Below, one piece after another: positions 39,172 through 48,115 of a DNA stretch of 64,000 nucleotides. This DNA comes from Alphaproteobacteria bacterium (GTDB taxonomy: Bacteria; Pseudomonadota; Alphaproteobacteria; JAAXGF01). Where the stretch lies: the NCBI GenBank assembly GCA_963555825.3, contig CAUVXB020000002.1, positions 1 to 64,000 on the forward strand, given 5' to 3'. The notes under the pieces were generated by a model, which saw nothing but the letters and a program-made list of their open reading frames with translations, made no database searches and was not told the DNA's origin. Made by a program: the position numbers and the translations under genes. How positions within the stretch are numbered: position 1 is the stretch's first letter; each line of letters starts with the position of its first letter.

Positions 39172-40080
39172 TCATTCTTGGCGGTCCGACTCCGCCATGG
39201 CCTCGGCTTCTCTCAGGCGAGCTTGGACCTCTTGCGCGTCGCCCGTGAACGGTCCATGACGTTCCAGTTTGAGCGCCGCCAGGGCAGCCGCGAACCGGCC
39301 GGCGGCTCCGATGTCATCCGATTGCAGCCGGTGAAAGATGTAACCGGCGCTGTAGGTGTCGCCGCAGCCGGTAGGGTCGGCGACAACCTGCGGCGGATAG
39401 GCTGGAATGTCGTAGAGGCGCCCCCCTGCAAGGATAAGAGAACCGTTGCCGCCGAACGTCAAGATGACCTCCTCCGGCCCGAGTTCGACAAGCTTTCGCG
39501 CCGCGCGCTCGGGTTCTTTCTCTCCCGACAGGAATCGGGCCTCGGCGAGGTTCGCCTTCAAGACGTGGACATGAGCGAGCACCTCCCGCTTCTCGGGCCA
39601 GTCGACCAAGCGGACCTTTCCGTTCTCGACCTCTCTGAGAAAGCCTTGAACGTCCAAAAACACGCGACCGTCCCGCTCGGACACCGCTTTCACAAATTCG
39701 GCGGACATTTCGCCATTCGTGAGCGGACCGAGATAAAACGTCTTGGCCCAAACCGGTGGCAGACAGCGGGGGTCGAAAGTATTAGCGATCCGGACTTTCT
39801 GATTCCTGAATTCGAGTCCGTTTCCCGAGTAATTATTCTCAAAGACCGTGGTCGACCGGCTAGCAAGCCAATGGACCTTGACGCCAATTTTCCGCAGCTG
39901 TCCCAGGATCTCGTCGGCATCGACATTTGCCGCTTTGGTGATGACCGCGGTCTTGAGGCCTAGGCTCTGAAGCGCGATCCCCGCGTAGTTGACAACTCCG
40001 CCCGGCATCTCGCTCCCGGGCCGTCGGTTAAATGCGCCAATATCCCTTGTGACGTGGCCAATTATGCAGACATCGTACAT
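39172..40080 (-). CDS. PfkB/ribokinase-family carbohydrate kinase
   Basis: IGHVTRD, PGG, LDVQGFLR, KANLAEA, DPTGCGDTY. Confidence 0.9.
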   Translation of the reverse strand: MYDVCIIGHVTRDIGAFNRRPGSEMPGGVVNYAGIALQSLGLKTAVITKAANVDADEILGQLRKIGVKVHWLASRSTTVFENNYSGNGLEFRNQKVRIANTFDPRCLPPVWAKTFYLGPLTNGEMSAEFVKAVSERDGRVFLDVQGFLREVENGKVRLVDWPEKREVLAHVHVLKANLAEARFLSGEKEPERAARKLVELGPEEVILTFGGNGSLILAGGRLYDIPAYPPQVVADPTGCGDTYSAGYIFHRLQSDDIGAAGRFAAALAALKLERHGPFTGDAQEVQARLREAEAMAESDRQE

Positions 40081-40126
40081 ATGATATTGAGCCCAGACCG
40101 AGGTCGGTTGGTGTAAATTCTCAGAC

Positions 40127-43100
40127 TGTGGCTCCCATAAATCCTATCTGCCGCAGAAATCCTAGTATTCCCGGCTTGTGCCGGATAGCGTCTCCGACAT
40201 GTGCACGACCATTCGAATTGTCCTTGCCATGGTCCGTGAGGCTTTCCTCAGCCGCGCGGCGTTGCATCTTGAGAACCTTGCCCTGCGACAGCAGCTTGCC
40301 GCCTTAGATCGGAAAGGAGCCAGGCCATCGCTTCGGATGGCCGATCGCCTTTTCTGGGTCGTCCTGTCTCGGCTGTGGTCGGGTTGGAGGGAGATCCTGG
40401 TGATCGTCAAGCCGGAGACGGTTATCGGCTGGCATCGAAAGGGCTTCCGACGTTTCTGGACCCGGAAGTCGCGACGGGGGAAGCCGGGACGACCGCCCGT
40501 GTCGAGCGAATTCCGAGGGCTTATCCGCCGGATGTCTCGGGAGAATCCGTTGTGGGGCGCTCCCCGAATCCACGGTGAGCTCAGGATGCTCGGCTTCGAG
40601 GTCTCCGAGGCGGCCGTGTCCAAGTACATGCCGCGCCATCCAAAGCCACCTTCGCAGACATGGCGGACGTTCCTCGAGAACCACGTCGGGTGCCTAGCGT
40701 CGACCGACTTCTTCGTCGTACCCACCGCGACGTTCAGTCTTCTATTCGTGCTCGTTGTGCTGCGGCACGAGCGTCGGCGGATTGTTCCGGCACCACGGCA
40801 CACCCGACTGCGGCGTGGGTCGCGCAACAGATCCGGGAGGCCTTTCCGTGGGAGACAGCACCACGGTATATGATCCGAGATCGGGATCGTGTGTACGGTA
40901 TTGCCTTTCGTTCGCGGATAAAGGCGATGGGCATCGAAGAGGTCGTGACGGCGCCGCGATCGCCGTGGCAGTCGCCGTACGTTGAGCGCGTGATCGGGTC
41001 CATCAGGCGAGAGTGTCTGGATCACGTGATCGTTCTAAACGAACGGCATCTGCGGGCGATACTCTTGTCGTACATCGACTACTACCAGCGATCCCGCACG
41101 CACCTGGCGCTAGGCAAGGATACCTGTGGCTCCCATAAATCCTATCTGCCGCAGAAATCCTAGTATTCCCGGCTTGTGCCGGATAGCGTCTCCGACATGT
41201 GCACGACCATTCGAATTGTCCTTGCCATGGTCCGTGAGGCTTTCCTCAGCCGCGCGGCGTTGCATCTTGAGAACCTTGCCCTGCGACAGCAGCTTGCCGC
41301 CTTAGATCGGAAAGGAGCCAGGCCATCGCTTCGGATGGCCGATCGCCTTTTCTGGGTCGTCCTGTCTCGGCTGTGGTCGGGTTGGAGGGAGATCCTGGTG
41401 ATCGTCAAGCCGGAGACGGTTATCGGCTGGCATCGAAAGGGCTTCCGACGTTTCTGGACCCGGAAGTCGCGACGGGGGAAGCCGGGACGCCCGCCCGTGT
41501 CGAGCGAATTCCGAGGGCTTATCCGCCGGATGTCTCGGGAGAATCCGTTGTGGGGCGCTCCCCGAATCCACGGTGAGCTCAGGATGCTCGGCTTCGAGGT
41601 CTCCGAGGCGGCCGTGTCCAAGTACATGCCGCGCCATCCAAAGCCACCTTCGCAGACATGGCGGACGTTCCTCGAGAACCACGTCGGGTGCCTAGCGTCG
41701 ACCGACTTCTTCGTCGTACCCACCGCGACGTTCAGTCTTCTATTCGTGCTCGTTGTGCTGCGGCACGAGCGTCGGCGGATTGTTCACATCGGCACCACGG
41801 CACACCCGACTGCGGCGTGGGTCGCGCAACAGATCCGGGAGGCCTTTCCGTGGGAGACAGCACCACGGTATATGATCCGAGATCGGGATCGTGTGTACGG
41901 TATTGCCTTTCGTTCGCGGATAAAGGCGATGGGCATCGAAGAGGTCGTGACGGCGCCGCGATCGCCGTGGCAGTCGCCACGTTCGCCGTCCATCAGGCGA
42001 GAGTGTCTGGATTGATCGCGAACGGTGATCGGGTTGTGGCTCCCATAAATCCTATCTGCCGCAGAAATCCTAGTATTCCCGGCTTGTGCCGGATAGCGTC
42101 TCCGACATGTGCACGACCATTCGAATTGTCCTTGCCATGGTCCGTGAGGCTTTCCTCAGCCGCGCGGCGTTGCATCTTGAGAACCTTGCCCTGCGACAGC
42201 AGCTTGCCGCCTTAGATCGGAAAGGAGCCAGGCCATCGCTTCGGATGGCCGATCGCCTTTTCTGGGTCGTCCTGTCTCGGCTGTGGTCGGGTTGGAGGGA
42301 GATCCTGGTGATCGTCAAGCCGGAGACGGTTATCGGCTGGCATCGAAAGGGCTTCCGACGTTTCTGGACCCGGAAGTCGCGACGGGGGAAGCCGGGACGA
42401 CCGCCCGTGTCGAGCGAATTCCGAGGGCTTATCCGCCGGATGTCTCGGGAGAATCCGTTGTGGGGCGCTCCCCGAATCCACGGTGAGCTCAGGATGCTCG
42501 GCTTCGAGGTCTCCGAGGCGGCCGTGTCCAAGTACATGCCGCGCCATCCAAAGCCACCTTCGCAGACATGGCGGACGTTCCTCGAGAACCACGTCGGGTG
42601 CCTAGCGTCGACCGACTTCTTCGTCGTACCCACCGCGACGTTCAGTCTTCTATTCGTGCTCGTTGTGCTGCGGCACGAGCGTCGGCGGATTGTTCACATC
42701 GGCACCACGGCACACCCGACTGCGGCGTGGGTCGCGCAACAGATCCGGGAGGCCTTTCCGTGGGAGACAGCACCACGGTATATGATCCGAGATCGGGATC
42801 GTGTGTACGGTATTGCCTTTCGTTCGCGGATAAAGGCGATGGGCATCGAAGAGGTCGTGACGGCGCCGCGATCGCCGTGGCAGTCGCCGTACGTTGAGCG
42901 CGTGATCGGGTCCATCAGGCGAGAGTGTCTGGATCACGTGATCGTTCTAAACGAACGGCATCTGCGGGCGATACTCTTGTCGTACATCGACTACTACCAG
43001 CGATCCCGCACGCACCTGGCGCTAGGCAAGGATACCCCTGAACGGCGATCGGTTCAGCCGGCTGGCGCCGGGAAGATCGTGGCGTTTCCACAGGTCGGCG

Positions 43101-43372
43101 GGCTGCATCATCGGTACCAGCGGTTGGCGGCCTGACTGGCACCGGCTATCGTATAATCGGCTTGCGGCGATGATTCTGACGCCGTCGGGGTCGCCGTAAC
43201 CTCAGCAATCCGTCTTACTATGGCAAGGCCCCCCAAGCCGGTTGCCGATCGATGTGGGCGTCGTTTCCGAAGATGACTATGCCCGCCTCACAGCGAAGAT
43301 GGTGCCATCACCAGTGCCGGCGGACCGGTCGGCGTTCTTGATGCACCCCGGATGAGATAAATGGGAGGCACA
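40127..43372 (+). mobile_element. Three stacked IS B copies (starts 40127, 41125, 42035; only the last complete, ORF to 43135)
   Basis: TGTGGCTCCCATAAAT occurs three times; a single right end at 43372. Confidence 0.88.
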
Positions 43373-43648
43373 CCCAGTCACGGACCACCTGGAGCCCGAC
43401 AGTACCAATCCGCGCCGCCGCCGTGCGACGGCCACCATCGTAAATCTCAGCCAGCGCAAGAAGCCACCGGCTCTGTCCAGCATCCTTCGACGCCTTGGCT
43501 AACCACCGAAGCGCCGGACCATCAAATCTTCCCGTAACGCAACCGCTCTGCCCATGGCGAACCTCCGTATCAGTTCGCCTCATTGATTCAGACTTCTTGC
43601 CGTTTGGGAATCCCCTAAATGAGTCTCCTTCAATGCTCGATGGTATTA
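43373..43648 (-). pseudogene. IS630-family 5' fragment
   Basis: FDGPALRWLAKASKDAGQSRWLLALAEIYDGG...LQVVRDWV HTH region. Confidence 0.75.
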
Positions 43649-43664
43649 ACCCAATAATCGCGTT

Positions 43665-43984
43665 CTATTCGGTCGAAACCTGCGTTTTGGCTTCCGCGAG
43701 CAGGCGGGTCATCTCGTGACGCACCTTGTGCTCGTCCGTTGCGATCCCTTTGCCGGTCAGGTCGCCGAGCACCTTCCGCAACACATCGGCATCGCCCGGC
43801 TCTTCAAAATCGGCATCACGACCTGCTTGGCGTAGGCTTCGGCCTCCGCGCCTGAAATGCCCATTTGCTCCGCTGCCCACAGGCCGAGCAGCTTGTTGCG
43901 CCGCGCGATGGTCTTGAACTGGAACTCCTGATCATGCGCGAACTTGGCTTCGGCGGCTGTTTTGCGGTCATCAAAGGCGGTCAT
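43665..43984 (-). CDS. DUF1476 / zeta subunit copy 2 (1-nt frameshift near 43815)
   Basis: Same N-terminus as copy 1; C-terminus DFEEPGDADVLRKV...EAKTQVSTE in adjacent frame. Confidence 0.82.
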
Positions 43985-44316
43985 CGACTGAGCTCCTCAA
44001 CTTCAGAAGACGGGGTCGGCGCTCTATCCGCTTTTTCATTCTTGTATGCGATGAAGCCGGACGCACCCTTGCCTTTGGCGCGGCGCAGTGTGTAGCCATA
44101 ATTTCCGAGATTGAACTTCGGGTCATTCTCAAAGCCCGCGAGAGCCTCGACGATCTTCATCGCCACGGGATCTGGCTTGCTCCTGGCTTGTAAGGCAGCC
44201 TCCCGCTCCAGCCACCTTACGAAGACCTCTTCGGCGAGGTCGTCACCGACAGATTTCCGAAGCGCGTTCAATTTTCTCACCAGACCTTTGGTGAGCCCGG
44301 TCTCATCGATAGCCAT
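43981..44316 (-). CDS. Hypothetical 111-aa protein, copy 2
   Basis: Paralog of 33128-33463 with a few substitutions. Confidence 0.75.
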   Translation of the reverse strand: MAIDETGLTKGLVRKLNALRKSVGDDLAEEVFVRWLEREAALQARSKPDPVAMKIVEALAGFENDPKFNLGNYGYTLRRAKGKGASGFIAYKNEKADRAPTPSSEVEELSR

Positions 44317-44453
44317 TTCTTAAACCCCTCATTTCAAGCCTCTTATACTGCCGCGTGGCCCGGCTGGTGCAACTGATTGCCACTGTTACACGCCAGCTTG
44401 CCGTTTCCCTTTTCACGTCGTTCACCTTGAACCGATGTGCTGGATGTATTCTA

Positions 44454-45632
44454 CTGTCCTGATCGATAAATTGATATGATTATGTCTCTATTTGTTTTTA
44501 GGAGGCGCGATTGATGGCGAGAGTGGCGGTGACGATCTCTTTGAGCGATGACGAGCGCGCCGAATTGGAGGCGCTGTCTCGTCGTCGCAAGACGTCGCAG
44601 GGGCTTGCGCGGCGGGCTCGGATCGTCTTGGCGGCGGCGGAAGGGTTGGAGAACAAGGAGATCGCCGTTCGTCTCGAGGCGAGCGCGGACACCGTGGGCA
44701 AGTGGCGTCGCCGCTATGCGGCGGAGGGCCTCGACGGTCTGTACGACGAACCCCGCCCCGGCGCGCCGCGTCAAATCGGCGATGACGCCATCGCGGAAGC
44801 GGTCCGGCTGACGCTGGAAGAGACGCCGCCGGACGCGACCCATTGGAGCCTTCGCTCGATGGCGCGGGCGAGCGGCCACGCGCCCTCGACCATTCATCGC
44901 ATCTGGCGGGCCTTCGGCTTGCAGCCGCATCGCTCGGAGACCTTCAAGCTGTCGAGCGATCCCTTCTTCGTGGAGAAGGTCCGCGACATCGTCGGTCTGT
45001 ATTTGGCGCCGCCGGATCGTGCCCTGGTTCTCTGTGTCGACGAAAAGAGCCAGATCCAGGCCCTGGACCGTTCCCAGCCCCTCTTGCCGATGCGCCCCGG
45101 GCAGGCGGAGCGGCGCAGCCACGACTACAAGCGCCACGGCACGACCTCTCTCTTCGCGGCCCTCGACATCGCCACGGGAGAGATCATCGGCAAATGTTTC
45201 CCGCGCCATCGGGCCCGAGAGTTCCGCAAATTCCTCGACCTCGTCGAGGCGAACGTCCCTGCTGATCTCGACATCCACATCGTCATGGACAACTACGGGA
45301 CCCACAAGACCAAGGCGATCCGCGACTGGTTCGCCAAACGGCCGCGCTGGCAGGCCCATTTCACACCCACCAGCGCCTCCTGGCTGAACCAGGTCGAGCG
45401 CTGGTTCGGGCTGCTGACCGACAAGCAGATCAGGCGCGGCGTCCATCGCTCCACCAAGGAGTTGGAGCGCACCATCCTCGACTACATCGACACGACAAAC
45501 CAGAACCCCAAACCCTTCAAATGGACCAAATCCGCCGATGACATCCTCGGCGCCATCCAGCGCTTCTGCCTCCGAACAATCGAAATCGCTGAACAGCAGG
45601 CGAAAATCATGCGAACTTCGGAATCGGGACAC
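44454..45632 (+). mobile_element. IS630 copy 2 in umuD upstream region (ORF 44511-45728)
   Basis: TA duplicated; empty site TATTCTACCGCC present in paralogous cassette near 33594-33605. Confidence 0.93.
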
Positions 45633-45693
45633 TACCGCCAAACCAAGTTAATCGCCGCCGGCGCCGACAAGGGAAATTTACAGGCATTGCCTG

Positions 45694-45978
45694 ATGTTCA
45701 CCGTAGTCACCCCTACGACGAGTCTTAGCCTCGACGATCATTTCATAAAGCGCCCGGCGGCGACATTCTTTGTCACGGTCGAGGGCGGCGGCATGGCCGA
45801 ACACGGGATCCTTGCCGGCGATACCCTGATCGTCGACCGTTCACGTACACCAGGCAAGGGTTCCATCGTCATCGCGGCAATCGAGGGCGAGTTGACCGCC
45901 CGTCCCTTCGCCGCCCTCGATGGCGAGGAGGCCCACGTCTGGGGCGTCGTTGCCGGGGTGGTGCGAAGCCTGCCATGA
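45694..45978 (+). CDS. umuD: UmuD-like protein, copy 2
   Basis: 94 aa; two substitutions relative to copy 1. Confidence 0.82.
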   Translation: MFTVVTPTTSLSLDDHFIKRPAATFFVTVEGGGMAEHGILAGDTLIVDRSRTPGKGSIVIAAIEGELTARPFAALDGEEAHVWGVVAGVVRSLP

Positions 45979-47234
45979 GCGTCTACGGACTGGCCGACTG
46001 CAACAACTTCTTCGTCTCCTGCGAGCGGGTCTTCCGTCCTGCGCTCGAAGGCCGTCCCGCCGTCGTCCTGTCGTCGAACGACGGCTGCATCGTGGCGCGC
46101 AGCGACGAGGCAAAGGCGCTCGGCGTCAAGATGGCACAGCCGGCATTCCAGGCGAAAGACCTCATCGAGCGGCACAGCATTGCCGTCATCAGCGGCAACC
46201 TCCAGTTCTATACCGACATGAGCACCCGGGTGATGCAGGTCTTCGGGGAACTCGTCCCGGCGGTGGAGAAATACTCGATCGACGAATGTTTTCTCGATCT
46301 CATGGGCATACCGGAAGACCTCACTGCATTCTGCCAAAGACTGAAACATACCGTGCGGCAATGGACCGGGCTGCCGATCAGCATCGGCATCGCAGAGACC
46401 AAGACCCTTGCCAAGATAGCCAACCGTCTCGCGAAGACCTCCGCCAAAACGAACGGTGTTCTCGATCTCACCGGTGAGCGCTGGCGCGACAGGGCGCTGG
46501 CGTCAACTGAAGTCGGCAATATCTGGGGCATCGGCAGGCAGTACGCTCAAAAACTCAACCGCAACGGCATCATGACGGCCCTCGATCTGACGAGCCGTCC
46601 CGATGGTTGGATCCGCAAGGAGATGGGCGTCGGCGGGCTGAAGACGGTGCGGGAATTGCGCGGCGAGGACTGTATAGGCTTCGATAACATGCCCCAGCCC
46701 AAGCAGACGACGATGGTCTCGCGGTCCTTCGGTGCGGAAGTGCGCGACTACGACGAATTGGCCAATGCGATCGCCATGTTCGCGACCGATGCAGCGCGCT
46801 CCCTTCGCAGGGCCAATCTCGTCTCAACCACGGTGAGCGTGTTCATCGAGACCAACCGTTACGGCAAGAGCCTGCACTATGCTCCGTCCCGCTCAGAGGC
46901 GCTTTCGCCCGCGACCAATAACACGAGGCATGTGGTGCGAGCCGCGCTGACCGCCCTGAAGCACATCTATCGCGAGGGGTTGGCGTATAAACGCGCCGGC
47001 GTGATGCTGCTCGACCTCGTCGAGGCCGGGCAAGCGCAAGTTTCCCTATTCGATGCGCATGATCCAAGGGACGACAAGCTGATCGAAGCGTTCGACGCCA
47101 TCAACGACCGGTTGGGGCCGGGAGCGATCCAGTTCGGCCCCGCGGCGCAGACCGCAGCCTGGCGATCGAGCAGCGCCTTCCGCTCGCCCTTCTACACAAC
47201 CCGTTGGGAAGACATCCCGAAGGTTAAAACCTGA
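45975..47234 (+). CDS. umuC: Y-family DNA polymerase UmuC, copy 2 (intact)
   Basis: Same motifs as copy 1; ends SPFYTTRWEDIPKVKT. Confidence 0.93.
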   Translation: MSVYGLADCNNFFVSCERVFRPALEGRPAVVLSSNDGCIVARSDEAKALGVKMAQPAFQAKDLIERHSIAVISGNLQFYTDMSTRVMQVFGELVPAVEKYSIDECFLDLMGIPEDLTAFCQRLKHTVRQWTGLPISIGIAETKTLAKIANRLAKTSAKTNGVLDLTGERWRDRALASTEVGNIWGIGRQYAQKLNRNGIMTALDLTSRPDGWIRKEMGVGGLKTVRELRGEDCIGFDNMPQPKQTTMVSRSFGAEVRDYDELANAIAMFATDAARSLRRANLVSTTVSVFIETNRYGKSLHYAPSRSEALSPATNNTRHVVRAALTALKHIYREGLAYKRAGVMLLDLVEAGQAQVSLFDAHDPRDDKLIEAFDAINDRLGPGAIQFGPAAQTAAWRSSSAFRSPFYTTRWEDIPKVKT

Positions 47235-47410
47235 GCCTCGGTAGACCCGGGCGTCGATCCGGGCAGCGGTCCACAAGCAGAAAGTTACACTACGGGCGCG
47301 CTGCCTCCGCCAGAACCTGGCGCGCCGGCGAGAGAATGAGGCCGGGGCCTTTCGGGCGGCGGGGACGAGGGCGAGAGAACGGCTTTCGCGGCCCCGCCGG
47401 GAGGCCTCGA

Positions 47411-47913
47411 ATGACCCAATCGAAGGCAGTGGCGATCAGGACGGCGATAGCGATAATCGCGTCCCTGTTTCGGGTCGGTTGCATGTCCGGCGGTCATGGG
47501 GTGAAGCGGATGACCGGCGCAGAGGGCTCGGCGACATCGCCGGGGGGGGGGGGGGGGGGGCCAGGTCCACGGCCGGAAGCGGCAAGCACGGGATCGCGGC
47601 CACGGCAGCTGGAACCATGGCGGGGCTGTTTCCCGGTAGCGGGATCGGCGCCTCGCTCGACCAGGCCGACCGGCTATATGCGGCCCGTTTGCGGCAAGCC
47701 GCGTCGGAGACCCGTCCAAGCGGGGTGCCCTCCCGCTGGCACAATCCCAATACCGGCAACGCAGGGGCGATTACGCCAACCCACACCGACAGATCGGCCT
47801 GCGGCATCTACTGTCGGGAATAACAGTTCACCGTGACCGCCGGCGGGCGCACCGAGCAAGCACACGGCAGCGCCTGCCGCCAGTCCGGCGGCTCGTGGCG
47901 GGTATCGAACTAA
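47411..47913 (+). pseudogene. 17-kDa surface antigen / RT0821-Lpp0805-like lipoprotein remnant
   Basis: Gly-zipper GSGIGASLDQAD, WHNPNTGNAG, YCRE*QFTV, GSACRQSGGSW; G19 tract and in-frame TAA. Confidence 0.72.
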
Positions 47914-48115
47914 CCCCACGCTCGCCCGGAGTGCCCTGCTCGACGCAGTAGCGGCGGGGATCGATTCAACCGTCCTTGCACGGTCCAGCCGTTCCGGCCC
48001 CATCCGGTTCCGTCACGCCGCCGAGAGCGAGAGCTTGAGCCAAAGGCGGGCGAGGGCGGATGCCGAAGAGGGTGTCCCCGCCCGGTTCCGCATTCACGCA
48101 ATCCCGGAGACCGAC

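Noticed and set aside
41960-42034. Scrambled sequence at the IS B copy 6/7 junction (similar glitch at 20695-20735)
   Set aside because: Shuffled pieces of the IS itself; most likely an assembly or polishing artefact.
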